Origin: Eubacteriales bacterium
GTDB taxonomy: Bacteria > Bacillota > Clostridia > Oscillospirales > CAG-272
Assembly (NCBI GenBank): GCA_045650025.1
Contig: JAZRQR010000062.1
Location: 1 to 55,945, forward strand
Reading direction: 5' to 3'
Length of the DNA: 55,945 nucleotides
Below the pieces are notes generated by a model. The model was not told the origin of the DNA. It was given only the letters and a program-made list of their open reading frames with translations, and ran no database searches. The position numbers and the translations under genes were made by a program. This document shows positions 16,107-27,573 of this stretch, piece after piece (within the stretch, counting starts at the first letter, position 1; the number at the start of each line of letters is the position of its first letter).

Positions 16107-19100
16107 CCCAGTTACTCTCCTTCTGCTTTTCAATGTCGTTGACGTCCAGCGTCAGTACCTTGGAAATGCCGTGCTCGGGCATGGTAACGCCGTACAGTCT
16201 GGTGGCAGCCGCCATGGTACCGCGACGGTGCGTGATCATAATGAACTGCGTGCCGTCGGTGTACTTCTTAATGTACTGTGCAAGTCTTTCCACGTTAACC
16301 TCGTCCAGCGCAGCCTCGATCTCGTCGAGAATACAGAACGGGGTGGGATTGACCTTCAGAATTGCAAAGAACAACGCAACGCCGATGAACGCCTGCTCGC
16401 CACCCGAAAGCTGCATCAGGTTCTTGATGATCTTTCCGGGAGGTGCCGCCTTGATCTCGATACCCGACTCCAGAATGTTCTCGGGATCGGACAAGGAAAG
16501 CTCGGCAGAGCCGCCTCCAAACAGCTCGGCAAATACCTTGCCGAAGTTTTCGTTGATCTGATTGAAGGATTCGACAAAGACTGCCTTCATCTCAGCTTCC
16601 AGCTCGGCGATGATCTTCATGGTCTCCGCCTTGGACTTTTCCAGGTCGGTGATCTGCTCGTTCATCTCGTCGTATCTCTTCTTGACCTCCTGGTATTTCT
16701 CCACCGCACCCAGGTCTACGTGACCGATGGCACGCAGCTTGTTGCGGCATTCGGTCTGCAGCTGTACCATTTCGCGACGGTTCTCGGGCGTAATGGCGGG
16801 GTATCCCAGCGCAATTGCGTCAGCTCTGGTCATTTCGTATTCATCCCAGAGCTTGGAGGAAAGCGTATCCAGCTCCTCACGCAGATGTGAGAGCTTGGAT
16901 TCGCACTTGGTATATTCACGGAAGATGATCTCCTTCTGGTTCATCTTCTCGCGCATGCGGGAGTTCATTTCATTGAGCTTTTTCTCAAAGTCCATGCTGT
17001 CGTTTTCAATGCTGGAGCGCTTTGCGTTCAGCTCCGCCAGCTTGGCTTGTCCCGCCTCGTATTTCTGTCTGTTATCTGCCTGGTAGACCGTGTAGCCCTC
17101 GATCATATCCTCCAGCGAGATAATTCTCTCTCTGCCGGCACGGATCTCATCGGCATACATGTCCACGCGCGTGCGGCAAACGTTCAGGAGCGTATGCTCA
17201 GTCTCCACGTCCTTTGCCGTTTCGCTGATCTTGATGATCACGCTCGTCATGCGCTCGTTCAGGTCGGCTACGTGATCCTCCAGATCCAGTCTCTGCTCGT
17301 CCTTTTTCTGGCGCAGAGCGGTGATCTCGTTGACCACGATCTGTGCGCTGCGCTCGTCCGCCTGCAGCACGGCAAGGTCTTCCTCGTAACGCTCACTCAT
17401 GGCAATGATCTGCTCATAGTCCTGGCGCATCTTTTCAAGCAGGGTCGCGTTTGCCTCGATCTTTGCAAGAATCTGCTCCAGCTGTGCGTTCTCGGTGTTC
17501 ATCAGCACGCCCAGCAGCTCGCGGCGATCCTCGCAAGAAGCCTTGTCCTCGGTGGTATCGCGGATGTCCTGCTTTTGCTTGTCTGCCGCCTTTTGCAGCT
17601 TGGCAAGCTCCTGCTCGCATGCAGCACTGGTCTCCTCCAGCTTTTTGATCTCGGCTGCTCTGCCCAGCACGCCGGCGCCCTGACGCACCGAACCACCGGT
17701 AAACGAACCGCCCATATTGATCTGCTGACCGTCCAAGGTAACCACGCGCACGCGGTAGCGCAGCGCCTTTGCCATGGCGGTTGCATTGTCAATGTTATCA
17801 AAAATGACCGTTCTGCCGATCAGCGACGAGATCACGTCACGGAACTTGTCGTCGCAATCCAGCAGCGAATCTGCCACGGCGATATAGCCACGGTAGCCCG
17901 ATGCATCACGCATTTCGGGAGTAGGCGTGGACGCGCGCATGGAGGTCAAGGGGAAGAAGGTTGCTCTGCCCGCCTCGCCCTTCTTGAGCGCATACATAGC
18001 CGCCTTTGCGGTCTCCTCGTCGTCCACCACGATATGCTGCAGGTTAGCACCCAGCGCAGTTTCAATGGCGGTGACGTACTTCTCGTCTACGTTGATCACC
18101 TTGGAAAGCGGACCGTAGATGGTACCGCAGGGCACGCCGCCGGGCGCGGTGATCTTGCCCTCTGCATAGCGGTTCATGACAAAGCGCACGCTGTTTGCAT
18201 AGCCCTCAAAGCTTTCTTCCATGTGCTTGAAGGTCTGAATACGCTGCTGTGCGGCGTCACGGCGCAGTCTTTGGGTATTGATCTGCTCGGAAAGTGCACC
18301 AAACGATGCGTTGAGCTCGACCAGCTTTTTATTGTAGCCCTCGATCTCGGCAGTTGCCTCGTCAATGGCCTTTTGATAATCCGCAACCGTCTTTTGCTTC
18401 TCGGCGCTCTGCTTTTGCAGCGCACGGTCGGCATTCTCATAGGTCTCCATATCCGCAAGAATATCGCTGTTACGGTCACTGCCGCTGTTCTTGGCATTCT
18501 CCAGCACCGAAATACGCACGCGAATGTCGGTTGCCTCTGCCTCCGCCTGGCGAATATCCGAAAGAGCGGTGGCAATATCTGCCTCCAGCACCGCGATCCT
18601 GGCACGGGTGGTGCGGATCTCGTCCGCAATCTCGCCCTGCTGCTTTTCCAGTGCCGCACTCTGCTCACCCAATGCAAGAATGCGCGCGGAGTGCTCACCG
18701 CAAGCCGTTTGCTCCTGCTCCATGTAGGTCTGCGAGAGAGATACGGAGGAGGTTGCCGCCTCGATCAGCTCCTTGGTGTGCGCAATGTTGCTCTCGGTCA
18801 CGCGGAATTCGCTGTCCAGGGTATGGTTTTCCTGCGTTTGCTCGCGGATCTGCGTCAGCAGCTGCTCGGATGCCATTTTGTTGGACTGCGATGCCTCAAA
18901 CAAGCGGTTGTTCTGCGATTCCATGGACTGCAGCGCATCCTCCGCGGTCTGCAGATCAAATGCGGAATGCTTGAGTGCTTCCTCCGCTACGCCGATCTCG
19001 CCTCTGAATCGCTCGGTATCGTACAGCCAGAGGCTGACGTCCGCACGCTTTTTGGAATCCATGAGCTCGATGGCGCGCTTCGCCTTGCCTGCCTCCTTTT

Positions 19101-19743
19101 CCAGAGGACCGACCTGCGACTGCACCTCGGTAAACACGTCCATAATGCGCACCATGTTTTCCTCTGCCTTAGCAAGCTTGCGTTCCGCCTCGTTTTTCTT
19201 ATGGCGGAACTTTGCAATACCCGAAGCATCCTCAAACGTGCTGCGTCGCTCGTCGCTCTTACGCGACACCATCTCCGCAATTCTACCCTGTCCGATGATC
19301 GAGTAACCGTCACGACCGATACCCGTATTCATAAACAGCTCGTAAATATCGCGCAGTCTGACCGCGCGGCGGTTGATGAAATATTCACTCTCGCCCTGAC
19401 GGAAATAACGTCTGGTGACGGTCACCTCGTCGTAAGGGCAATCCAATTTTGCAAATTCACCCGTGTTATCAAAGGTGACAGACACCTCTGCATAACCCAT
19501 GGGGCGGCGGCTGTCTGCACCGCCGAAAATGACGTCCTCCATCTTGGAGCCACGCAGCGTCTTGGAGGAAATTTCACCAAGCACCCAACGCATTGCATCC
19601 GCAATGTTGGACTTGCCGCTTCCGTTCGGACCTACGATGACGGTAACACCCGCCTGCGCATTGACCACGCCGTTATCAAAGACCAGCTTGGTTCTGTCCG
19701 GGAAGGACTTAAAGCCTTGTAATTCTATCGATTTTAAGTACAA
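16090..19743 (-). CDS. smc: Chromosome segregation protein SMC
   Basis: 1217 aa. N-terminal [14 protein letters not shown]...GPNGSGKSN Walker A. Long coiled coils. Hinge region. C-terminal LSGGEQA signature and [10 protein letters not shown] Walker B. Confidence 0.95.
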   Translation of the reverse strand: MYLKSIELQGFKSFPDRTKLVFDNGVVNAQAGVTVIVGPNGSGKSNIADAMRWVLGEISSKTLRGSKMEDVIFGGADSRRPMGYAEVSVTFDNTGEFAKLDCPYDEVTVTRRYFRQGESEYFINRRAVRLRDIYELFMNTGIGRDGYSIIGQGRIAEMVSRKSDERRSTFEDASGIAKFRHKKNEAERKLAKAEENMVRIMDVFTEVQSQVGPLEKEAGKAKRAIELMDSKKRADVSLWLYDTERFRGEIGVAEEALKHSAFDLQTAEDALQSMESQNNRLFEASQSNKMASEQLLTQIREQTQENHTLDSEFRVTESNIAHTKELIEAATSSVSLSQTYMEQEQTACGEHSARILALGEQSAALEKQQGEIADEIRTTRARIAVLEADIATALSDIRQAEAEATDIRVRISVLENAKNSGSDRNSDILADMETYENADRALQKQSAEKQKTVADYQKAIDEATAEIEGYNKKLVELNASFGALSEQINTQRLRRDAAQQRIQTFKHMEESFEGYANSVRFVMNRYAEGKITAPGGVPCGTIYGPLSKVINVDEKYVTAIETALGANLQHIVVDDEETAKAAMYALKKGEAGRATFFPLTSMRASTPTPEMRDASGYRGYIAVADSLLDCDDKFRDVISSLIGRTVIFDNIDNATAMAKALRYRVRVVTLDGQQINMGGSFTGGSVRQGAGVLGRAAEIKKLEETSAACEQELAKLQKAADKQKQDIRDTTEDKASCEDRRELLGVLMNTENAQLEQILAKIEANATLLEKMRQDYEQIIAMSERYEEDLAVLQADERSAQIVVNEITALRQKKDEQRLDLEDHVADLNERMTSVIIKISETAKDVETEHTLLNVCRTRVDMYADEIRAGRERIISLEDMIEGYTVYQADNRQKYEAGQAKLAELNAKRSSIENDSMDFEKKLNEMNSRMREKMNQKEIIFREYTKCESKLSHLREELDTLSSKLWDEYEMTRADAIALGYPAITPENRREMVQLQTECRNKLRAIGHVDLGAVEKYQEVKKRYDEMNEQITDLEKSKAETMKIIAELEAEMKAVFVESFNQINENFGKVFAELFGGGSAELSLSDPENILESGIEIKAAPPGKIIKNLMQLSGGEQAFIGVALFFAILKVNPTPFCILDEIEAALDEVNVERLAQYIKKYTDGTQFIMITHRRGTMAAATRLYGVTMPEHGISKVLTLDVNDIEKQKESNWDGIFG

Positions 19744-20762
19744 TGCTTTGTCTCCTTTTCATAAATTTGGGGAATTGTCACGTCCGCAGCCACCAGCTGC
19801 AGCTGCGCGCCGAACTCCTCCCGAAGTCGCAAAAGGTTTTGCCTGTGCTGTCCGATCGCCATAGACAGCTCACGGGCAGGAATATCGATACGCTGCACGG
19901 GAGTACTCTCCCCTGCCAGCATATTTCGTAAATTGAGATAGTATAGGTGCGAGCGCACCAGCTCGCCCAGCGCGGGGTGATTGGCTCCCGCAAGCGCCGT
20001 CTCGGGGTCGCTGAGATTATCCGAGGCGCAAAGCCCTATGCGAATGACGCGCACGCCGCCCGCTTCCAGCACACCCAGCACGGCTGCGCTGCGACGGATC
20101 GCCTCATCCAAGGTAAGCGGCTGATAGCTGCCTGCCTGCATCATGCCGCAAAGCGCGGTATCCGCAAACACCACCGTGGGATATATGCGCGCACCCTGCA
20201 CGCCGATCTCGCAAAGCTTTCTTGCCGTTTCCAGCTCACTCTTAGGGGTACTGCCCGGCAGACCGATCATGATCTGCCCTACGACCTCGTATCCCGCGTC
20301 CAGCAGCATCCGGCAGGCACGCTCGGCACACCCTGCATCGTGTCCGCGTCCGCTGGCGCAAAGCACGCCGTCGTCCATGCTCTGCACGCCAAGCTCCACC
20401 GTGCGCACGCTGTAGCGGCGCAAAATCGCAAGGATCTCCTCGGAAATATAATCGGGGCGCGTGGACATGCGAATGCCAAGCACCCGAGCCCTACCCTTGA
20501 TCGGATGCTGCACGAACTGCTCGGCAACGTCCAACAGGTAGCACATCAGGTCGCGGTCAATGCCGGTAAACGAGCCGCCGAAATACGCGATCTCGGCGGT
20601 ATCCTGCTCGCTTGTGGTGGCAAGTGCCTCTCGGATCTTCCCCTCCACGTCCGCTCGGTCAAAGTGCTGCGCACCCGAAATGGTGCGTTGGTTGCAAAAC
20701 ACGCAGGTATGCGGGCAGCCCAGGTGCGGAATGAAAATCGGAATATTTAAGTGCCTGCTCAC
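19734..20762 (-). CDS. Radical SAM protein (ELP3-like family)
   Basis: IPHLGCPHTCVFCNQ CxxxCxxC cluster motif. 342 aa. Overlaps rnc (4 nt) and smc (10 nt). Confidence 0.8.
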   Translation of the reverse strand: MSRHLNIPIFIPHLGCPHTCVFCNQRTISGAQHFDRADVEGKIREALATTSEQDTAEIAYFGGSFTGIDRDLMCYLLDVAEQFVQHPIKGRARVLGIRMSTRPDYISEEILAILRRYSVRTVELGVQSMDDGVLCASGRGHDAGCAERACRMLLDAGYEVVGQIMIGLPGSTPKSELETARKLCEIGVQGARIYPTVVFADTALCGMMQAGSYQPLTLDEAIRRSAAVLGVLEAGGVRVIRIGLCASDNLSDPETALAGANHPALGELVRSHLYYLNLRNMLAGESTPVQRIDIPARELSMAIGQHRQNLLRLREEFGAQLQLVAADVTIPQIYEKETKHCT

Positions 20763-21490
20763 GGCTGCACACCGAACAGCTCCAACGCCTGACGCGCAGC
20801 ATTTTGCTCCGCGCGACGCTTGGATTGCCCCGTGCCGCGACCGATCACGTTGGAATTGAGTCTTGCCTCCACCGTAAAGGTCTTTTGGTGGTCGGGACCG
20901 CTTTCACCCACCGTAACGTATTCCAGAAAATCGCCCTCAGTCTGCTGCACGAACTGCTGCAAAAGCGTTTTGTAATCGCGGCTGCCCTGCGCTCCCGTGT
21001 TGGAGATCTCCTTCTGGATAAACGGCAACAGCAGCTCGCCCACGCAAGCAAGCCCCTGCTCGCCCGCATCCAGATAAATGGCTGCCAGCAGCGCCTCAAA
21101 GGCATCTGCCAGGATCGAGCGGCGCTCTCTGCCGCGGTTTTTTTCCTCACCCACGCCAAGGTATAGGTATTCACCCAGGTGGATCTGATCGGCAAACGAG
21201 GAAAGTGCGCGCTCGCATACCAGCTCGGCACGCAGTCTTGTCAGCTCGCCCTCCGCCATATCGGGATATGCGGTATATAAATAACGGCTGACCACCAGGG
21301 AGAGCACCGAATCACCCAAAAATTCCAAGCGTTCGTTGCAAAGCAGGTGGTGCTGCTTATCCCCTTGCTCGTTGGAGTAAGAGGAGTGCGTCAGCGCTCT
21401 TTGCAGATAAGAATGATTTGTAAAACGGTATCCGATCGTCTCTTGCAAAAGCGCGGTAGGCTTGGGATAACTGTTTGCAAATGAATTCAT
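20759..21490 (-). CDS. rnc: Ribonuclease III
   Basis: NERLEFLGDSVL catalytic signature and a C-terminal dsRBD (SGPDHQKTFTVEARL...GQSKRRAEQNAA). Confidence 0.95.
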   Translation of the reverse strand: MNSFANSYPKPTALLQETIGYRFTNHSYLQRALTHSSYSNEQGDKQHHLLCNERLEFLGDSVLSLVVSRYLYTAYPDMAEGELTRLRAELVCERALSSFADQIHLGEYLYLGVGEEKNRGRERRSILADAFEALLAAIYLDAGEQGLACVGELLLPFIQKEISNTGAQGSRDYKTLLQQFVQQTEGDFLEYVTVGESGPDHQKTFTVEARLNSNVIGRGTGQSKRRAEQNAARQALELFGVQP

Positions 21491-21514
21491 AAGCGTCCTT
21501 TCTCTGTCCGAGCG

Positions 21515-22849
21515 TTACTTGGCAATCTCGGGCAGCATTTCCTGGATGGTTGCAATCGCGGTATCGGCAATGACCTGGTTTCTGGCTGCCTTACCGCCCT
21601 TGACCTTCTTTGCCGGCATTTCAATGATGCCGAAGTTGGCGTTCATGGGCACGAAGGTGCTGCTCACGCCGCCGTTTTGTACGTATTGTGCCATAGCACC
21701 GATCATGGTCTTGCGCGGGAAGATCAGCGCGTCCAGCCCCTTGGCACGGCGTGCGGCGTTAATGCCCGCCACCATACCCGAGCCTGCGGATTCAATATAG
21801 CCCTCCACGCCGGTCATCTGTCCTGCAAAGAACACCTCGGGGCGGCTCTTCATGGAGTAATCCGCCGCCAGCAGACCGGGAGAATTGAGGTAGGTGTTAC
21901 GGTGCATCACGCCATAGCGCAAGAACTCCGCGTTCGCAAGACCCGGGATCATACGGAACACGCGGCGCTGCTCGGGGAAGGTCAGGTGAGTCTGGAAGCC
22001 AACCAGGTTGTACATCGTGCCCTCTGCATTCTCCTTACGCAGCTGCACCACCGCATAGAATTCCTTGCCCACGCGGGGATCGATCAAGCCTACCGGCTTC
22101 AAGGGTCCGTAGCGCAGCGTTTCGTAACCGCGGCGCGCCATGACCTCCACGGGCATGCAGCCCTCAAACACGGTCAGCTCCTTTTGTTGCTCGCGGTCAA
22201 ATTCCTTCAGAGCCGCCTCCTCTGCCGAGATCAGCGCCTCGTAGAACGCGTCGTACTGCTCCTTGTTCATGGGGCAGTTGATATAGTCCGCATCCCCCTT
22301 ATCGTAGCGGGATGCAAAAAACGCAATATCCATGTTGATGCTGTCGGCATCCACAATGGGCGCAGCTGCATCAAAGAAATGCAAGCCGCCGCAGCCAAGC
22401 TCGCTACGGATAAACTCTGCCATGGGATCGCTGGTCAAAGGACCCGTGGCAATGACCGTAATGCCGTCGTCGGGCAGGCGGTCGCATTCGCACTCGATCA
22501 CCTCAATATTCGGGTGATTGCGCACGTGCTCGGTAATATACTCGGAAAACAGCACTCTGTCCACAGCCAGCGCAGATCCTGCGGGCACGCGGGTCGCATC
22601 CGCCGCCTGCATGATCAGCGAGCCCATCTCGCGCATCTCTGCCTTAAGCAGGCCGATGGCGTTGGACGTAGCATCCGAGCGCAGCGAGTTGGAGCACACC
22701 AGCTCGCCAAACGTAGGCGCGTGATGCGCGGGCGTGTACTTTGTCGGCTTCATCTCGTAAAGCTTGACCTTAACGCCGCGCTCTGCAGCCTGCCAGGCAG
22801 CCTCACTGCCTGCAAGCCCTGCGCCGAGAATCGAAATATATTCTGCCAT
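21515..22849 (-). CDS. trmFO: Methylenetetrahydrofolate--tRNA-(uracil-5-)-methyltransferase TrmFO
   Basis: ILGAGLAGSEAAWQ FAD motif, CSNSLRS, GFQT, FAGQMTGVEGYIESAGSG. 444 aa. Confidence 0.95.
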   Translation of the reverse strand: MAEYISILGAGLAGSEAAWQAAERGVKVKLYEMKPTKYTPAHHAPTFGELVCSNSLRSDATSNAIGLLKAEMREMGSLIMQAADATRVPAGSALAVDRVLFSEYITEHVRNHPNIEVIECECDRLPDDGITVIATGPLTSDPMAEFIRSELGCGGLHFFDAAAPIVDADSINMDIAFFASRYDKGDADYINCPMNKEQYDAFYEALISAEEAALKEFDREQQKELTVFEGCMPVEVMARRGYETLRYGPLKPVGLIDPRVGKEFYAVVQLRKENAEGTMYNLVGFQTHLTFPEQRRVFRMIPGLANAEFLRYGVMHRNTYLNSPGLLAADYSMKSRPEVFFAGQMTGVEGYIESAGSGMVAGINAARRAKGLDALIFPRKTMIGAMAQYVQNGGVSSTFVPMNANFGIIEMPAKKVKGGKAARNQVIADTAIATIQEMLPEIAK

Positions 22850-25143
22850 TATGCTTCACCCTCACCGGTCATTTCGGTTTCGGTTGCCTGTCTTTGATAC
22901 GAGCAAGCCTTATCGTGGCATACGATGAGTGCCTTACCCTTCTTGCGGAACAGCATGCCGCCGCAATCGGGGCACTTTTCGCCAATGGGCATATCCCAGG
23001 AGGAGAAGTCACACTCGGGGTACTTTTCGCAGCTATAGAATACGGTCTTGTTCTTGCCGTACTTCATCACCACCTTGCCCGCGCACTTGGGACAGGGCAC
23101 GCCAATATCCTTGGTTCTGGGCTTGGTGAATGCACAGGTGGGATAGTTTGCGCAAGCATAGAAGCTGCCGTAACGGCCGGTACGCAGTACCATATCGCCG
23201 CCGCACTTCTCGCACTTGAAGTCTGCCATAACCACCTTCTTTTCGGTCTGTGCCTCGCCCTCGCCCTCTGCCTTGGGAGCGTTCAGGGGCTTGGTATTCT
23301 TACAGGTGGGATAGTTGGGACAAGCGGCAAACTTGCCAAAGCGGCCGTTCTTGACGATCATGGTCGCGCCGCACTTGTCACAGATGATGTCGGTCTTTTC
23401 CACGGGCAGCTCGTAGCTTGCAGAGGAAAGTGCCTTCTCTGCGCCCTCCAGCTGGCCTGCGAAGTCACCCCAGAACTTTTCCAGCACGCTGTTCATCTGC
23501 ACGCTGCCCTTTTCGATCGAGTCCAGATCGCTCTCCATCAGCGCGGTAAAGCGGTAATCCACAATGCTCTTGAAGTTCTCCTCCATGAGCTTGGTGGTTA
23601 CCTCACCGTATGCGGTGGGCATGAGCGACTTGCCGTCACGGGAAACGTAGTTCTTGGAGATGTTGGTAATGATGGTGGTATAGGTAGAGGGTCTGCCAAT
23701 GCCCTTTTCTTCCAGATTCTTGATCAGCGTTGCCTCGGTATATCTTGCGGGGGGCTCGGTGAAGTGTCTTGCAGGATCGACCGAGTCGGAGAGCCACTGC
23801 TGCCCTGCCTTCATGTCGGGCAGGCGGATGTCGCTCATCTGGTCGGGGTCGTTCTCGTCTGCCTTATCGTCGGTAGACTCCTCGTAAAGCACCATGTAGC
23901 CGGGGAAGGTCACGGTGTAGCCACCCGTACGGAACAGGTAGCCCTCGGCATTGAAGTCCACGCTCAGGGTCGCCAGCTCTGCGGACTGCATCTGGCTTGC
24001 CACGAATCTCTCCCAGATCAGCTTGTACAAGCGATACTGGTCGGTCGTCAGGTACTTGCGGATCTTTGCGGGCTCCAGCTCGGTCTTGGTGGGACGGATC
24101 GCCTCGTGCGCATCCTGCGAGCCTGCCTTGACCTTATAGGTTCTGGGCGTTGCGGGGCAATACTGCTCGCCGTACTTGCCTGCGATGAATGCAAGTGCTG
24201 CGCTCTGTGCCTCGTCCGAAATACGCAGCGAGTCGGTACGCATATAGGTGATCAGACCCTGTACGCCACCGTTCTCGGAGCCGACGTTGATACCTTCATA
24301 CAGCTCCTGTGCCACGCGCATGATACGCTGCGACTGGAAGCCCAGCTTGCGCGATGCCTCCTGCTGCATGGTGGAGGTGGTAAAGGGAGGCGCGGGAGAC
24401 TTATGTCTGGTTGCGCGCTTGACGTCCGCTACGGTAAAGGGCTTGCCCTGCACCGCATTGACGATTGCCTCTGCCTGCTCGCGGCAGGTCAGCTTGGTCT
24501 TGCCGTTTGCGTCGCCCCAGAAGCGGGAGAGCACGTGTGCGCCGTCCTCGGAGTGCAGCTGTGCTGCAATGGTCCAGTATTCCTCGGGCACGAATGCGCG
24601 GATCTCGTTTTCTCTTTCCACGATCATCTTGGTTGCAACGCTCTGCACGCGGCCTGCGGACAAGCCGGGCTTCACGTTCTTCCAGAGTAAGGGGCTGATC
24701 TTATAGCCCACGATTCTGTCCACGATGCGGCGCGCTCTCTGCGAGTCCACCAGATCCATATCGATCTGTCTGGGCTGCTTGATGGCTGCCTTGACCGCCG
24801 TCTTGGTGATCTCGTTAAAGGTCACGCGCTGGGTCTTTTCTACCGGAATGCCCAAAACTGCCGCTAAGTGCCAGGAAATTGCCTCGCCCTCGCGGTCAGG
24901 GTCAGTTGCAAGGAATACCTTGGTGGCATGCTTTGCCTCCTTGCGGATCTCCTTGATCAGATCGCCCTTGCCGCGTACGTTGATGTAACGTGCCTCAAAG
25001 CCGTTTTCAATGTCCACAGCCAGCGTGCTCTTGGGCAGGTCACGCACGTGTCCCTTGGACGCGATGACCTTATAGTTAGAGCCGAGATAGCCCTTGATGG
25101 TTGTTGCCTTGGAGGGTGACTCCACGATTACCAGATTTGCCAT
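22849..25143 (-). CDS. topA: DNA topoisomerase I
   Basis: MANLVIVESPSKATTIKGYLG Toprim start, LITYMRTDS active-site Tyr region, four C-terminal C4 zinc ribbons. 764 aa. Confidence 0.95.
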   Translation of the reverse strand: MANLVIVESPSKATTIKGYLGSNYKVIASKGHVRDLPKSTLAVDIENGFEARYINVRGKGDLIKEIRKEAKHATKVFLATDPDREGEAISWHLAAVLGIPVEKTQRVTFNEITKTAVKAAIKQPRQIDMDLVDSQRARRIVDRIVGYKISPLLWKNVKPGLSAGRVQSVATKMIVERENEIRAFVPEEYWTIAAQLHSEDGAHVLSRFWGDANGKTKLTCREQAEAIVNAVQGKPFTVADVKRATRHKSPAPPFTTSTMQQEASRKLGFQSQRIMRVAQELYEGINVGSENGGVQGLITYMRTDSLRISDEAQSAALAFIAGKYGEQYCPATPRTYKVKAGSQDAHEAIRPTKTELEPAKIRKYLTTDQYRLYKLIWERFVASQMQSAELATLSVDFNAEGYLFRTGGYTVTFPGYMVLYEESTDDKADENDPDQMSDIRLPDMKAGQQWLSDSVDPARHFTEPPARYTEATLIKNLEEKGIGRPSTYTTIITNISKNYVSRDGKSLMPTAYGEVTTKLMEENFKSIVDYRFTALMESDLDSIEKGSVQMNSVLEKFWGDFAGQLEGAEKALSSASYELPVEKTDIICDKCGATMIVKNGRFGKFAACPNYPTCKNTKPLNAPKAEGEGEAQTEKKVVMADFKCEKCGGDMVLRTGRYGSFYACANYPTCAFTKPRTKDIGVPCPKCAGKVVMKYGKNKTVFYSCEKYPECDFSSWDMPIGEKCPDCGGMLFRKKGKALIVCHDKACSYQRQATETEMTGEGEA

Positions 25144-25177
25144 AAAATGATCTATTATCCTTTCCGTTTACGGTAAA

Positions 25178-26500
25178 TTATTTTCGAGTGTAAAGTCCGC
25201 CGGGCAGCGAGGACACAAGTCCCTTGATCTCAAACATGGTCAGCGCCATCATGACCTCGTGCGTGGGGTAACCGCAACGCACCAGCCAATCTGCCGAGAT
25301 TGCCTTATCCAGCGGGATCTGCGCGAACATTTCGCGCTGCTTGGGGGTAAACTGCGCAAGCACGGCGGCGGAATCGTCCTCATGCTTGGGCGATGCGGGC
25401 TGCGGCGCGGCAGCTTCCGCTTGCTTTGCCTGCTCCGGGCTGCTCTTGGCTGCCTTGGGAGCGGCAGGCTTTTGGGGTTCGCTTTGCTCGCGGCGCACCT
25501 CTGCCACGCTCTTGGCGGGCGCTTGGGCGGCGGGCAGCCCGACACCGTAGCGCGCAAAGGCGGCGGGATCGGGATCGGAGCGTTCTTGCGCGCGCAGAAG
25601 CCGTGCACTGTCTACGCTGTCGCGGTATAAAAACGCATAGTTTTGCAGAATGTCGCGTGCGCCCAGCACAACGGCTGCTCCGTCGCGGATCAGCGCATTG
25701 GTGCCCGAGGTATTGGGATCACCCACGTTGCCGGGAATGGCGTAAATGTCCTTTCCCTGCACGATCGCTTCTCTTGCGGTGATCAGCGCACCGCTGCCAA
25801 GATCGGCTTCCACCACCAAAGTGCCCGCACCAAGACCGCTGATAATGCGGTTGCGCAACGGGAAATGGTAGCCTCTGGGCGGCGTGGAGGGCGGGAATTC
25901 GGTCAGCACAAGTCCGCGCTCGGCAATGGCATGCATCAGTCGCTCGTGCTGACGGGGATACGGCACGTCAATACCGCAGCCCAGCACCGCGATGGTGCAG
26001 CCCTTGGCAGCCAGTGCACCCACGGCGCACGCCGCGTCTACACCCAACGCCATGCCGCTGACGATCACGGTTCCCGTGCTTGCCAGCTCGTAGGAGATTC
26101 TGTACGCCATCTCCTTGCCGTATTCACTCATGCTGCGCGTGCCTACCATGCTGATAAACAGGCGCTTTTCAAAGTCGGGCAGCTTGCCCTTGTAGTAAAG
26201 CACGCATGGTGGCGCCTTGATGGCGCGCAGCGTGGAGGGATATGCCTGATCGGTGTAGCACAAAATGCCCACGCCGTGCTTCTGGCAGTACTCCAAAATA
26301 CCGTACGCCTCGTCCAAGGACTTGTTGCACAGTCTTTCCTTGAGTGCTTCACCAATATCCAGAGCCTCAATATCGCTCTCCTCTGCGCAAAACAGCGCGT
26401 ATGCGGAGCCGAACTTGGTAATCAGCGGTGCAAACTCTGCACTCGCCACACCCGTACACAGCGAAAGCCATATGGAAAATAATCTTTCATCACCGTTCAT
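25178..26500 (-). CDS. dprA: DNA-processing protein DprA, with an extended Pro/Ala/Lys-rich linker
   Basis: Rossmann-like core (VSGMALGVDAACAVGAL...YPRQHERL...GTNALIRDGA) and a C-terminal winged-helix-like segment. 440 aa. Confidence 0.9.
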   Translation of the reverse strand: MNGDERLFSIWLSLCTGVASAEFAPLITKFGSAYALFCAEESDIEALDIGEALKERLCNKSLDEAYGILEYCQKHGVGILCYTDQAYPSTLRAIKAPPCVLYYKGKLPDFEKRLFISMVGTRSMSEYGKEMAYRISYELASTGTVIVSGMALGVDAACAVGALAAKGCTIAVLGCGIDVPYPRQHERLMHAIAERGLVLTEFPPSTPPRGYHFPLRNRIISGLGAGTLVVEADLGSGALITAREAIVQGKDIYAIPGNVGDPNTSGTNALIRDGAAVVLGARDILQNYAFLYRDSVDSARLLRAQERSDPDPAAFARYGVGLPAAQAPAKSVAEVRREQSEPQKPAAPKAAKSSPEQAKQAEAAAPQPASPKHEDDSAAVLAQFTPKQREMFAQIPLDKAISADWLVRCGYPTHEVMMALTMFEIKGLVSSLPGGLYTRK

Positions 26501-26536
26501 ACATGCGGCTCCTTTCCGACTTTGGGTTTGTTTTGA

Positions 26537-27391
26537 TCAGCTATTGCGACACATCTCCCACATCAGGACGGATGCCGCCACCGATGCGTTGAGCGATTCC
26601 GCGTCGCCTGCCATGGGAATATACACACTTGCATCGCAAGCCTTGAGCACTGCCTCGGAGAGCCCGTGGCCCTCGTTGCCGATCACGGCAGAATCCGCCT
26701 TGCCAAAGGCAAAGCTGCCAAGCTGCATAGCCTGGTCGTCCAATGCTGCCGAGTACACGTGTCTGCCCTGCTCTCGCATCAGCTTTACAGCCCCTGCAAG
26801 GTCGTCCACGCGCAGAATGCGCTGGGAGAACAACGTGCCCATAGCACCGCGCAGCACCTTGGGATTGTACAGATCCGCGCAATCGCCGCTCAAGATCAGC
26901 CAATCAATGCCAAAGGCATACGCCGTGCGGATGACCGTGCCCACGTTGCCGGGGTCACGCAGCGATTCGCACAGCAAAACGCGGCCGCCTTGGGGCGACA
27001 AAATGTGCGCAAGATCAAGGTTACTACTATCTATTGTAGCGATTTTATGGAATTTGTCAATATATTTCGCAACGCAAATAATGCCCTCAGGCGCATTTTC
27101 ATCCGAAATTTTGACAAACAGATCGTGCGACAGACGCAAAACACGGCAGCCGGCGTCCGCAAGCCCCAATCCGTACAGGCTGTGCGCCTTGGACTCCAGC
27201 GCCGCTTCCTGCGACGCATCCACCAAAACAAAGACAGGCTCTACGCCGCGCTTGACCGCCTCGCAAAACAGCTTGATGCCGTCAAACCGGAACAGCCTTT
27301 CGCTCTGTCTATGCTTCTTTTCCCCCAGCTTGCAGGCTAAAGATACCTGCGCATTTTGTCTGGAAGTAATGATCATAGGGGTTTGTTCCAT
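26537..27391 (-). CDS. TrmH/SpoU-family RNA 2'-O-methyltransferase
   Basis: DPGNVGTVIRTA, VIGNEGHGLS and IPMAGDAESLNASVAASVLMWE SPOUT motifs. Typical position downstream of rplT. Confidence 0.8.
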   Translation of the reverse strand: MEQTPMIITSRQNAQVSLACKLGEKKHRQSERLFRFDGIKLFCEAVKRGVEPVFVLVDASQEAALESKAHSLYGLGLADAGCRVLRLSHDLFVKISDENAPEGIICVAKYIDKFHKIATIDSSNLDLAHILSPQGGRVLLCESLRDPGNVGTVIRTAYAFGIDWLILSGDCADLYNPKVLRGAMGTLFSQRILRVDDLAGAVKLMREQGRHVYSAALDDQAMQLGSFAFGKADSAVIGNEGHGLSEAVLKACDASVYIPMAGDAESLNASVAASVLMWEMCRNS

Positions 27392-27517
27392 ACTAAATTT
27401 CTCCTTGGTAGAGTGCCCCGAAAAGGGGTATTTTCAGGGAAAAGGGGCTGTTGCACCCACGTGCACACAGCCCGAGATGGCACGGTTTTCCCTGATTTTA
27501 CAAGGGTTTTACCTATG

Positions 27518-27564
27518 CCAAAAAACGCAACTGGGGATGCCCGCACACACGTGTAAGCATCCCC
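27518..27564 (-). terminator. Possible terminator or processing hairpin after rplT
   Basis: 9-bp stem TGGGGATGC/GCATCCCCA. The T-run is separated from the stem by 6 nt, so it is atypical. Confidence 0.4.
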
Positions 27565-27573
27565 AATATTCAA

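Noticed and set aside
17047-19722. 891-aa ORF on the plus strand, antisense to smc
   Set aside because: The minus-strand product is an unmistakable SMC protein (Walker A/B, signature motif, coiled coils). The antisense translation is low-complexity (Leu/Arg/Ala/Gly/His-rich) and has no RBS. Long open antisense frames are expected in GC-rich genes with strong third-position bias.
22894-24690. 598-aa plus-strand ORF antisense to topA, and similar 200-450 aa antisense ORFs over the SBP-like genes, dprA, pgk, trmFO and fadD
   Set aside because: All lie opposite confidently identified genes, lack RBS or promoter context and have degenerate composition. They are treated as GC-bias artefacts.
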